Of a stretch of DNA of 64,000 nucleotides, positions 54,631 to 63,484 are shown one piece after another. Location of the stretch: sequence record NC_010821.1; one strand, written 5' to 3'. The translations under genes were made by a program, and so were the position numbers. Each line of letters begins with the position of its first letter. Within the stretch, counting starts at the first letter, position 1. A model generated the notes under the pieces. It saw only the letters and a program-made list of their open reading frames with translations. It was not told the origin of the DNA and searched no databases.

Positions 54631-55890
54631 ATGATTGACCTAATGTTAAGTTTAGTTCAAAAGCCAGCGATCGAGGAAGATGATTCCGGGTTACCTTTCC
54701 CAGCTGGTACGCCGTTTAAAGGTGTAGTGAAGTCAGCTGATTTTATTAATGGTACTAGTTTGGCTGGACTACTCGGTATAACGGCCGGTACCCCTATTAA
54801 CACCAACTCGGGCTGGTTACATTTTGTAGAGGACAACGGCTACAACATCTACATTGCTAAGAAACCGTTAAGATACGGGCTGACGTGGGAAGCCATTAAC
54901 ACGGGTCAGACGGATAAAGAGATTGTGATTGGTGGCACCACTTACACCGTGCAGTTTATGACGGGTACTAAAGCGGCAAACCAACCAGCAGTTGTTGCAA
55001 GTGGTGGTGGTCAATGGGACCGCTACATGTATAATATCTACGGTGGTGAATTAGCCAGTTCGCTTCCATCCACCCGTTTAAATTGGGGTAGTTACACTGA
55101 GAAGATGCTTGGTATCCCGTTGATCTCTGAAGCTCAAAACGTTAACACTCTACCATTCGGTTGTGCCAGTTACACACTGTATACATCAAGTAATGGCGGG
55201 CATGCCACTCGTGGTCTCCGCTACCCGCTTGGTACAGGTACTCCAGAAATCATGGGTGTGTGGTGGGGTGGCGCCAGTAACTTCGAGACGCATTACGGCT
55301 GGAGGCCAATGCTTGTTGAGAAAGGTACTGTACCGCCAATTGAGGAAACACCTTACAAGGGATTGATCCAGCCAGCTGACCTAATCTCACCAGCTGACCT
55401 TTCGACATTACTAGGTATCACTGAAGGTCAGATCGTTTCTGGTGCAGGTCAATGGATGAAGTTTGTTGAGAATGGTAAAGAACTCTATATCGCACAGAAA
55501 TCTTTCAGGTCATCTATTCGTAAGAAAACGCTTGACGCTGCCGGTGTGAGTAATGTGGCGGCAGGTAAGTTGGTAACGATTGGTGGTAAGAACTATCAGT
55601 GCCGTCTAATGACTGATGCTGAATGGAACAGATACATGTATTCAGTGTATAACAACGCTATAACTGTAGTGAATACCAATTTCTGGGCAATGTACACTCC
55701 TGCCGAATTAAACGTTTCTACTGGTGCAGCGTCCGCTGGTACGTTATCGTACATATATGGTAACCCGGCGAGTACGGGCACTCGTGGATTCACGGGGATC
55801 GGTAACTCGTGGGGTGTGGCCGACTGGGCTGATGGTGGTACCGCGGTTCCAGGCTATGGCTGGAGACCAGTGCTTGAGTTGGTTCCATAA
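54631..55890 (+). CDS. virion structural protein, two tandem gp131-like domains
   Basis: PFKGVV...GWLHFV...GWRPMLVE and PYKGLI...QWMKFV...RLMTDAEWNRYMY...GWRPVLE. Confidence 0.8.
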   Translation: MIDLMLSLVQKPAIEEDDSGLPFPAGTPFKGVVKSADFINGTSLAGLLGITAGTPINTNSGWLHFVEDNGYNIYIAKKPLRYGLTWEAINTGQTDKEIVIGGTTYTVQFMTGTKAANQPAVVASGGGQWDRYMYNIYGGELASSLPSTRLNWGSYTEKMLGIPLISEAQNVNTLPFGCASYTLYTSSNGGHATRGLRYPLGTGTPEIMGVWWGGASNFETHYGWRPMLVEKGTVPPIEETPYKGLIQPADLISPADLSTLLGITEGQIVSGAGQWMKFVENGKELYIAQKSFRSSIRKKTLDAAGVSNVAAGKLVTIGGKNYQCRLMTDAEWNRYMYSVYNNAITVVNTNFWAMYTPAELNVSTGAASAGTLSYIYGNPASTGTRGFTGIGNSWGVADWADGGTAVPGYGWRPVLELVP

Positions 55891-55900
55891 TAACATAAAC

Positions 55901-55931
55901 GCCTCTCCTTTACGGGAGAGGCTTTATGCCG
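55901..55931 (+). terminator. hairpin terminator
   Basis: GCCTCTCC-TTTACG-GGAGAGGC-TTTATGCCG. Confidence 0.75.
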
Positions 55932-55936
55932 TAACG

Positions 55937-55965
55937 GGAAATAAAGTCCTACCCGAAGGTAGGAC
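55937..55965 (-). terminator. hairpin terminator; stem identical to 16879-16898
   Basis: GTCCTACC-TTCG-GGTAGGAC-TTTATTTCC on the minus strand. Confidence 0.75.
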
Positions 55966-56077
55966 CATATTCATCAACCAACACTAAAGGAGAGACCAAA
56001 TCATGCAACACCAAGCAATCAATGGAGCAACGAATGCATCGCTACATAACATGGGTAAAATTTATCCTTTAGGTTAC

Positions 56078-57238
56078 TTACAAATCGAAATCAAATTTGT
56101 CTTGTTCATTGGACGTATTGATAACGTTCACCATGTAAGAGTTCAAATCGACCTCTTGAGCTGCCGATTGGTTTGCCCCAAGATCGAGGTATTCTACCAT
56201 GTATGGCAGTGGGTTCTTATCAGGGAACTCTAATTCAAAGCCGGTGGTGGCCAAGAACTCTGCACGCATCTCGTCAGTGATACCGTCTTTATGACCAGTG
56301 AAGGTGCCGGCAGCATTGCAGTTGAACAGTACCCATTGAACCATCTTCTTCAGGGTGACGCCCGGTAGTTCACGACCTTCAGAGAACAGGTAGATCAACC
56401 AGTTCACTTCGGACATCAGGATTTCCCAGAACAACTTAATGCATTCTGCTTTCGTGTCTTCGTATGCAATCAACCCACGCTCTGTTTTGAGCAGTGCTTT
56501 AATCACTTCCTGACCGAACTGTGCATGGATCTCGTATTCGTCTTGAGCGATCTTCTGGACACCCATAACGATCGGTTGGAACATACCCAGCTTACCCAAA
56601 GCAAACGTTACAGCAAAGGATGCCATGAACTGAATACGCTCAAGGTAGTACAGAGCCATGAAGAACTTAAAGATCTTGTTGTAGAGAGCTTGATCGTTGG
56701 GGATCGTACGGCAAGCATAGGCGTGAGAAGCATCATGTGCTTCACCCATGATCTTAGCCACAGTTACCAGACGTTGCTGTGCTTCTTCTACACGCAGGAT
56801 CTCCTCCAGAATAACCTGTGGATCTTTGAAAGAGTTACGAACGATCTCAGAGTAAGTCAGGGCATGAAGGTTTTCGTTATCGTTAATACGGACATAGCCT
56901 GCCCATACACGTGAGTCAGTCAGTACTGGACCCAGAATGTTGACGATAGCGCGAGATGCCGTAGCGTCAGCTTCCCATTGCCATGCTAGGGTCTTGATCA
57001 TCATGTCGTAGAACTGTTTATCGCAGGTCTCGAATTCGTGCAAGCAGTCGCCGTATGGGAATTCGTTTTCATCCCAGTCCATACTACGCAGACGCTTATA
57101 AAGATCAAACAGAGCTGGGTGGTGGTTGTGGATCGAGTCAAACAAGCCCGGCTCTTGACCCAGAATAATTTCAGGGGAATTGTAATCAGTCTTGGTGTTG
57201 TTGAAGATCTTGATTGGAAGGTCTACTTTCTTGGACAT
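56078..57238 (-). CDS. nrdB: ribonucleotide reductase class Ia beta subunit
   Basis: W-EAD, ENLHALTY (Glu, His, radical Tyr), LERIQF, QDEYEIH iron ligands. Confidence 0.93.
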   Translation of the reverse strand: MSKKVDLPIKIFNNTKTDYNSPEIILGQEPGLFDSIHNHHPALFDLYKRLRSMDWDENEFPYGDCLHEFETCDKQFYDMMIKTLAWQWEADATASRAIVNILGPVLTDSRVWAGYVRINDNENLHALTYSEIVRNSFKDPQVILEEILRVEEAQQRLVTVAKIMGEAHDASHAYACRTIPNDQALYNKIFKFFMALYYLERIQFMASFAVTFALGKLGMFQPIVMGVQKIAQDEYEIHAQFGQEVIKALLKTERGLIAYEDTKAECIKLFWEILMSEVNWLIYLFSEGRELPGVTLKKMVQWVLFNCNAAGTFTGHKDGITDEMRAEFLATTGFELEFPDKNPLPYMVEYLDLGANQSAAQEVDLNSYMVNVINTSNEQDKFDFDL

Positions 57239-57663
57239 TATACTGCGCTCTTAGTTTTGAAGAATTCGTTTTCGTAGTAGTCTTTCATTGTTACTTGTTC
57301 AGTCCAGTTACCTACTGGAGCTAGGACGACACCGAAGTACTGGTACTGACCTTCCAGTAATTCAATCTCGTTCACTGATTCATACGTCCATTGTTCTGCA
57401 AGCAGATGTGATTGGGCATTAGGAATGGCTTTGAGGACCTCAAAGATATTGTGGCCGTCGGTTTTAATCACGTAATGAGGGTAGGGATCGAAACGTCCAG
57501 TTTTTTCTCGATTAGGATCGATTAGTTGGATTTCAAATTCATGGGACTGATCCAGTTTAACGTATCCAAATTCGGTATACAGTGCTACCACAACGCGGTC
57601 GCCATGTTCATTAAGCCATCGCTGAACGTTGTCATCACCTTTAACTAGTTTAATTGTAGCCAT
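57238..57663 (-). CDS. hypothetical protein coupled to nrdB
   Basis: 141 aa; AAGGA SD; TAATG overlap. Confidence 0.7.
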   Translation of the reverse strand: MATIKLVKGDDNVQRWLNEHGDRVVVALYTEFGYVKLDQSHEFEIQLIDPNREKTGRFDPYPHYVIKTDGHNIFEVLKAIPNAQSHLLAEQWTYESVNEIELLEGQYQYFGVVLAPVGNWTEQVTMKDYYENEFFKTKSAV

Positions 57664-57721
57664 TGTAGAATCCTTGAAATTGATTTGTCTGTATTAGATA
57701 CAGCTTGTAAGTAAATTATTG

Positions 57722-57755
57722 AAAGTCATTTAAAGCCTATATTACTACTGGGTAA
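57722..57755 (+). promoter_or_regulatory. phiKZ-type early promoter (class A-like)
   Basis: AAAGTCATTTAAAGCC-TATATTAC(57738-57745). Confidence 0.65.
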
Positions 57756-57848
57756 TACCGTTAGTACTATTTGTCACATCCTAGCTATGTGATGGTCTAA
57801 ACTTACAGAGGACTCATTATGATCCATAATACAGCTTGAGGTTACAAT

Positions 57849-58181
57849 ATGTTTGCAAGACTTCGCGCCACAGGTAAGGCGGTTATTCCGACAGCGTCGA
57901 TGAATCACGACATAAAGTGCATAGTGAACGGAGCAGCAACTCCGTTCACTATGGCTAACGACGAGGTTCATTGCTTTGGACTATTCGACTCGCGTGATCG
58001 ATTAGTGGGGTACTTCGGAAATCAAGGATTAGTCCCTGAAATACGAGATGCCACTTATATCGATGGGTTTATGGAACCGATGGTAACAGATGCGCCGGAA
58101 GGTTGCTATGTTAAATCGGTATCCAGATTTTACAAATCAGTAGACCCTAAGATCTACTATAAGGTACGCACTTTACATTAA
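57849..58181 (+). CDS. hypothetical early protein
   Basis: GAGG SD, 110 aa. Confidence 0.7.
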   Translation: MFARLRATGKAVIPTASMNHDIKCIVNGAATPFTMANDEVHCFGLFDSRDRLVGYFGNQGLVPEIRDATYIDGFMEPMVTDAPEGCYVKSVSRFYKSVDPKIYYKVRTLH

Positions 58182-58241
58182 GGTGTAGTAAAACCGTAGT
58201 GCACTGTTAGCGCAGTGCATTACACTACATATCATTGCAAT

Positions 58242-58655
58242 ATGAGTAATTCTTTTATGACCGAAATTAAACAGTTGGATCTCAGTATCCTTAAACGCGA
58301 GCAGTTCGAGAACAAGCGTAGTTACGATAACGCGGTGTGGTATCTCGAACATTTGAACGACCTCGTGATGCTCCACAACTCAGGATACATTCTGTTCTAT
58401 AAAGACCGTATCTTCATTCCTGAATTGAAGGTTAGCTATTACGCTGTCGATGATGCCCCATTTGATGGCGAAGATGGTGAATTCGAAAAGACCGGTGAGG
58501 TTAGATTTATCGGTTTCGGTCCAGCTGGGTTGATCGGTATTACTCGCTGCCTTAAGAAAGGACGTATCTACGTTTCCAAGCGCGAAGCTAAGGAATACCT
58601 CAAGGCTATCCAAGTTGTTCATAAACCCGACTTCCATAACTTTCTGGATCTGTAA
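58242..58655 (+). CDS. hypothetical protein (start uncertain)
   Basis: track 58215..58655; later ATG preferred. Confidence 0.65.
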   Translation: MSNSFMTEIKQLDLSILKREQFENKRSYDNAVWYLEHLNDLVMLHNSGYILFYKDRIFIPELKVSYYAVDDAPFDGEDGEFEKTGEVRFIGFGPAGLIGITRCLKKGRIYVSKREAKEYLKAIQVVHKPDFHNFLDL

Positions 58656-58658
58656 ATC

Positions 58659-59024
58659 ATGGCTAAGCTGAAACTACTTAATACCAAAGACATCACCGCT
58701 GAAATGTTCGACAGTGAACGTAGCTTTATGGCGGGTATGTTCGCGATCAATGTCTGCAACAAAATCATTGAGCGCGCGAATGCTGGTAACATCGTATTCC
58801 ATTTCGAACAACTGGTGAAACCGGAATTCGAACTCCGCTGGGAAGGTGATAAGTTCCTAGGTCTTTACCTGAAGGACTTTGAAAATGCTTGGGTTCAAAT
58901 TGTTGGTGATCACACTAACGATGGTAAAATTGTCTGTCGTAAGTATGACATTCGTGACTTCTTTAAGTTGTGGCGTGTGGCAGAAATTAAAAACGTTTAC
59001 AAAGTATCTGACCTGACTCGATAA
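58659..59024 (+). CDS. hypothetical protein
   Basis: 121-aa ORF. Confidence 0.7.
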   Translation: MAKLKLLNTKDITAEMFDSERSFMAGMFAINVCNKIIERANAGNIVFHFEQLVKPEFELRWEGDKFLGLYLKDFENAWVQIVGDHTNDGKIVCRKYDIRDFFKLWRVAEIKNVYKVSDLTR

Positions 59025-59036
59025 GGAACCACTGCT

Positions 59037-59453
59037 ATGACTATCACCTCTGTCTCGGAGAGTGCAGGACTACGAGAGCGTTTTATTGAAGATGCAAAAA
59101 TGGTATATAAGAACCGCAATTTAGATTTCTCTCAAAGCAAACACCCTGGCCAAGAAGGTCGTTTCCTTGATAAGAAGGTCCACCACATGTGGCTGGGTTA
59201 TGAACTCATACACACTGCTGGCCAATGGCGGGATAAGGAAGATGTGCCATCATCTATCCTCGGTCACTACATTGTTGGTAACCACACTGGTCCGGGGCTT
59301 AAGCTTGTGACTGGCTATAGACCTTTCGTTCACCGGAACAAGCGCCTTGCATGTATGGAAGCTGACCGGTTAGCCAAAGAGCACGGTAACTCATTCGCCG
59401 TATTTCGCTGTATCAAAACTTTCTCACCTGGCCAAGGAACTAAAGATGAATGA
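59037..59453 (+). CDS. hypothetical phage protein
   Basis: AAGGA SD; PFVH...ACMEADRLAKEHG..FAVF motif. Confidence 0.7.
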   Translation: MTITSVSESAGLRERFIEDAKMVYKNRNLDFSQSKHPGQEGRFLDKKVHHMWLGYELIHTAGQWRDKEDVPSSILGHYIVGNHTGPGLKLVTGYRPFVHRNKRLACMEADRLAKEHGNSFAVFRCIKTFSPGQGTKDE

Positions 59454-59904
59454 CAATCTGATCATTACGGTAACCTCTAACGCGGAAGGTCTTGCGAAAT
59501 TTGCTGGTCGACGTGAACTGCCACCGAATGTCGATTTTGATGGAGACAAGTCAATCGATGATTTGGCAGAAGACTTTTCCCGTGGCGTATTGAAAGACAT
59601 CATGGATCGAGTCAAGTCGGGTGAATTGGATAACTCCACTCCAATCAGTTTACCTCAAGCCATGCGTGATCGTTTGATCGCAAGCTTTGAACGTACGGCT
59701 AAACAGTTCTGCCCGATCTTCTCGTACAGTGTTGACTCCGATGGTCAGATCTGGTTAGACTGGCCACGCTGCAATGGTGACGAACATGCAATGCGTTCTC
59801 CCATGGAGGACGTAGCTGTTAATAAAGCCTTGCATCGTCTCGCTACCCGTAGTAACATTCGTGCTATCCATGTGACCAAACCGTTCGTGGATATCTTCGA
59901 ATAG
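59446..59904 (+). CDS. hypothetical protein
   Basis: AAGGA SD, 152 aa. Confidence 0.7.
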   Translation: MNDNLIITVTSNAEGLAKFAGRRELPPNVDFDGDKSIDDLAEDFSRGVLKDIMDRVKSGELDNSTPISLPQAMRDRLIASFERTAKQFCPIFSYSVDSDGQIWLDWPRCNGDEHAMRSPMEDVAVNKALHRLATRSNIRAIHVTKPFVDIFE

Positions 59905-59915
59905 CCTCAGCGTTA

Positions 59916-59956
59916 TTAGAAGCCTTTTAAACGCTATATTACAATAGTGAATTAAA
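59916..59956 (+). promoter_or_regulatory. phiKZ-type early promoter (class A)
   Basis: TTAGAAGCCTTTTAAACGC-TATATTAC(59935-59942)-AATAGTGAATTAAA. Confidence 0.8.
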
Positions 59957-59977
59957 CATTCTACTAGGAGCACTGTA

Positions 59978-60274
59978 ATGAAGCTCAATAAAGGTCTCAC
60001 AACCTTTCTGGATCTTGTTGACGCCGTTCGTAAACTGGACACCGCCAACGCACTGCATTGTTACACGCCGGCCTCGGTAAAGTTCTGTGTGGCCATCACG
60101 GGTCTCGCTCCACATACCCTGAAAGAAGTTAGCATTTACTTGGACAATGATCCATCTACATGTAAACTCTATTTTGTAGAGAAATACACTGGTGCCACCG
60201 GTAACACCTTTGACGTAACGTATGAGCCGATCGATATCACTGCACAACGCATCATTGATTTCATCACTGCTTAA
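59978..60274 (+). CDS. hypothetical early protein
   Basis: AGGAG SD, 98 aa. Confidence 0.75.
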   Translation: MKLNKGLTTFLDLVDAVRKLDTANALHCYTPASVKFCVAITGLAPHTLKEVSIYLDNDPSTCKLYFVEKYTGATGNTFDVTYEPIDITAQRIIDFITA

Positions 60275-60301
60275 TAAACTTTATCCATAAGGAAATATAC
60301 C

Positions 60302-60796
60302 ATGACTCAAGCTACCCCAATCACTCTGGCTCAATTCGGCGAACTGAACGTACGTATGGCCGCTCTGGTCGGCGCCAAGACCCAGGCTATCTTCGGTACT
60401 CCTGAAGAGCGCACTCACATGACCAACCTCACTCTGGCTGGCATCGACAGCTGCAATGAGATGATCGAGCTGATCAAAGCTGGTCTGACCTACGAGAGCT
60501 GGAAAACTTACCTGGACGGCAAGAATACTCTGGACGGTATCCTGGGTAGTTTCGAAAACGAAGACGGCGACATGGCTAAACTGTGCCAAGACTACCGTGA
60601 CGCCGATCTCAGTGAAGTATACAAAGACGCTATGGCGTCCGGTCAGTTCACCGTGGAAGCACTGGAAGCCAACAAGCAAGCTCTGGAACAGCGACTGGAG
60701 TGGGTCAAGAGTCTGTGGAAGGACGAAGACGAAACTGCTGTAGCTGAAGCCAATCTGGCTGATGTTGCAAAAGCCATCGACCTCGACGCTCAGTAA
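60302..60796 (+). CDS. acidic helical early protein, probably highly expressed
   Basis: AAGGA SD; strong CTG/GAA/C-ending codon bias; followed by terminator. Confidence 0.8.
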   Translation: MTQATPITLAQFGELNVRMAALVGAKTQAIFGTPEERTHMTNLTLAGIDSCNEMIELIKAGLTYESWKTYLDGKNTLDGILGSFENEDGDMAKLCQDYRDADLSEVYKDAMASGQFTVEALEANKQALEQRLEWVKSLWKDEDETAVAEANLADVAKAIDLDAQ

Positions 60797-60801
60797 CCTT
60801 A

Positions 60802-60848
60802 CGGCATAAAGCCCCTCCGCAAGGAGGGGCACTATGTTTATTTATTTT
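60802..60848. terminator. bidirectional terminator (duplicate of 37127)
   Basis: CGGCATAAA-GCCCCTCC-GCAA-GGAGGGGC-ACTATGTTTATTTATTTTTT. Confidence 0.75.
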
Positions 60849-61027
60849 TTGTATTCGGGTATTTCAGAATCAGTGAAGTGCGCCTCAATAGCAGCACCTA
60901 ACCAATCTCGATGATCGTCACCACCATGTTGAATTTTATCAAACAGCGTAGTAGTTAGATGTAATACCCTTTTGATCTCAGGGTCATCGGTACGAGTAAT
61001 CAACTCATCTATTTTCTCTTGGATCAT
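60842..61027 (-). CDS. small protein downstream of nrdA (61 aa)
   Basis: GAGG SD before ATG 61027 (MIQEKIDEL...). Confidence 0.6.
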   Translation of the reverse strand: MIQEKIDELITRTDDPEIKRVLHLTTTLFDKIQHGGDDHRDWLGAAIEAHFTDSEIPEYKK

Positions 61028-61034
61028 ACGCGCC

Positions 61035-63329
61035 TCACAGAGTGCAACCATCAGCCGAACACATGGCGGCATTACCCGAGTTATCAATCGCGGATTCCAT
61101 AGCTTCCAGAGACAGGTTAGCTGTGGTTTCAGTATTGAAGTAGTAACGGGTCTTCATACCCATCTTAACCATGTAGAAATAGTCCTTCAACAGTTCGTTG
61201 GAGTCGATCTCTTCAGTACCTACGATCCGACGATAGAAATCAGCGGAGATACCTTGGTCAGTAAACTTCTGGAAGATCGCATAGCAATCAATCAGATCTT
61301 TAGTTGGGATGTCCCATGCGAACTGATACTTAACTGATGGATCATCACCATACGGAGCAGCCCAGTACAGATGGTTATTCTGATCGTTCTTAGACAGAGT
61401 CAGGCGACGTACTGGATAGATCGAGTTAGCACCACCCAGTGCTTTCGAGCTGGATTCACCCGGCATGTAAGCAATCAGCACCGAGTGAGCAATACCACCG
61501 TTAGCTACAACTTCGGCACGGAGCTTCTCCCAGTTATAAGTGTAGTCGAAGCTACTGCCTTTTGGATCGATAATGTTATCAACTGCACGCTGATAAGTAT
61601 CGATTGGCAACCAACCCGCTGGCCACTTGGTCTTATGAATCCATGGAGCCAGACCACGTTCTTTAGAGATCGCAATCGATGCTTTGATCATGAAGTACAT
61701 GTGACGTTCAGCAATCCAGTGGATCTCACGCTTACCAGCATTGGAGGTGTAGTCCAGGCCGTTCTTAGCCAGGTGAGTAGCCAAGCCCATCATACCAACG
61801 CCAGCACTCATACGTTGCTTAGCAGTGAATTCCAAGTGTGGAATCACGTAGGTGGAATTCAGGATGCAGTAGTCAATCATCTTCAGAGCGTAGTAGCATA
61901 CTTTCTCGTACTCTTTATCGTTCTCGATGTTTTCAACCGATACAGCAGCCAGAGAACAAGTAGCGATTTCACCACGACCATGGTCTTCACGAGATACCAG
62001 GTCTTCCATTTCGTAGTAAGGACTGGTAGGCTCAGCGATTTCCATGCACAGGTTGGAACTGTGGATTGGATCAAGGAAAGGAGTGTGTCGGTTCATCTCA
62101 TCGATTTGACCAACATATGCCACGCCGGTTTCTTGGGCTTCTTTCAATGAACGGCGCAGGATATCACGAGCGGACATCCAATGTTTGGTGAAGGATTCAT
62201 CTTTCTCGTATTTCTCATACAGACGAATGAACTCTTCGATGTCTTTACCATAGAACGCTTCATGTAGGTCAGGAGCGGTATAAGGGTTGAATGCAAAGAT
62301 CTGTTCGTTACTTGCAGCTTTCTTAGCGAAGAACCGGTTGGTCAACATTGCAAAGTGCATGTCACGGTTACGACGGTCAGGAGTAGACAGTGGGTTACGC
62401 AGACCTTGGATCATTTCAACTTCTTGGTCGAAAGATTCAAAGAAGCAAGTTACAGCGCCACCCCGACCAGCTTGTACGTTAGCAACGATCGATTTACCCA
62501 TCGCATCGTAATACTTCTTCTTACCATGGTGAGCAAACAAACCACCACGAACAGCATCGCCTACGGCACGAGTCATGATGTTAACACCGATGCCAGCAGA
62601 CATCTGTGTCATTTTGTCGCCGATGTAATTCCCCAGAGCCAACGAAGTACCATTATCACCAACAGCAAATAGGCAGCAACTAGCAAAGCCCCGATGACTA
62701 GTACCGAGGTTAATGTAATTAGGAGTAGGCGCAGAAAGCTTCTTGTAAGCGAACAGCTCGTAGAAATCACGGACGACTTGAAGACGGGTAGCTTTTGGCT
62801 CATTCTCAGCCAGAGCCATTGCCATACGAATGTAAGTGAATTGAGGAGACTCATATTCAGCTCCGGTTACACGGTTACCCAGAGCGTATTTCTTACGGAT
62901 CTGGTGCAGTGCAAAATGTGGTTGTTCAAAATCGAGGTCATGTTTGATGAACTTCTCGATCTTCAGATAATCTTGGGTATTGTACTTCAGCTTAACCATC
63001 AGACCGTCTTTCTGCATGCGTGTGTGCAATGCTTTAACAGTCGGGATGCCATCAGTACCATACAGGTGTTTATGAATCCATACAGCGTACAGACGACCAG
63101 CAAACAGGTAATGTGACCAAGTACGGTGACTCAGGGTGTTCTCGATCAACGCCATCTGGAAAGCTTGAGAGCTTACGGTTTCAGGTAGCGTTTGAATGGT
63201 TTCCATAACGATGGAAGACCAATCTACTTTATCCTTGAGGTTCTCAGTACCCCACTCACACCAGCGGTTGGCTTTCGCTGCGTTGAATGGTTCTTGAGTT
63301 CCGTCGAGTTTGATAATGTTCTTGATCAT
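61035..63329 (-). CDS. nrdA: ribonucleotide reductase class Ia alpha subunit with ATP cone
   Basis: IIKLDG.QEPF (ATP cone), ASCCL, SNLCMEI, TCSLA, KTRYY, C-terminal CSADGC. Confidence 0.96.
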   Translation of the reverse strand: MIKNIIKLDGTQEPFNAAKANRWCEWGTENLKDKVDWSSIVMETIQTLPETVSSQAFQMALIENTLSHRTWSHYLFAGRLYAVWIHKHLYGTDGIPTVKALHTRMQKDGLMVKLKYNTQDYLKIEKFIKHDLDFEQPHFALHQIRKKYALGNRVTGAEYESPQFTYIRMAMALAENEPKATRLQVVRDFYELFAYKKLSAPTPNYINLGTSHRGFASCCLFAVGDNGTSLALGNYIGDKMTQMSAGIGVNIMTRAVGDAVRGGLFAHHGKKKYYDAMGKSIVANVQAGRGGAVTCFFESFDQEVEMIQGLRNPLSTPDRRNRDMHFAMLTNRFFAKKAASNEQIFAFNPYTAPDLHEAFYGKDIEEFIRLYEKYEKDESFTKHWMSARDILRRSLKEAQETGVAYVGQIDEMNRHTPFLDPIHSSNLCMEIAEPTSPYYEMEDLVSREDHGRGEIATCSLAAVSVENIENDKEYEKVCYYALKMIDYCILNSTYVIPHLEFTAKQRMSAGVGMMGLATHLAKNGLDYTSNAGKREIHWIAERHMYFMIKASIAISKERGLAPWIHKTKWPAGWLPIDTYQRAVDNIIDPKGSSFDYTYNWEKLRAEVVANGGIAHSVLIAYMPGESSSKALGGANSIYPVRRLTLSKNDQNNHLYWAAPYGDDPSVKYQFAWDIPTKDLIDCYAIFQKFTDQGISADFYRRIVGTEEIDSNELLKDYFYMVKMGMKTRYYFNTETTANLSLEAMESAIDNSGNAAMCSADGCTL

Positions 63330-63445
63330 TCGGGTATTTCCAGTCTAGTGTTTGGTGTTGGTTGTGAAATAGATTCTAACATAGAGTTTACCGTTGAGTA
63401 AAATTAAAATCTGGTCTAGGGTACCGCATAAGGTTAACTCAATTT

Positions 63446-63472
63446 GTTTGAGATTTATATTACTAATATGAA
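63446..63472 (+). promoter_or_regulatory. phiKZ-type early promoter (class B)
   Basis: TTTGAGATT-TATATTAC(63456-63463)-TAATATG. Confidence 0.7.
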
Positions 63473-63484
63473 TCAATCCTAACT

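Noticed and set aside
41489-55890. Diversity-generating retroelement acting on the lectin-like genes
   Set aside because: No reverse transcriptase (YxDD) ORF and no adenine-specific template/variable repeat pair seen in this window; the similar 3' ends are ordinary paralogy.
56003-56233. Plus-strand ORF with an AAGGAG-like site overlapping the nrdB 3' end
   Set aside because: Antisense to nrdB, downstream of a plus-strand terminator, with no visible promoter; treated as a shadow ORF.
61371-62150. Long antisense ORFs (also 33157..33873, 34772..35494, 14957..15565, 60281..60832, 40818..41447)
   Set aside because: They lie opposite well-supported genes with biased codon usage, lack SD sites and have no recognisable motifs; typical shadow frames.
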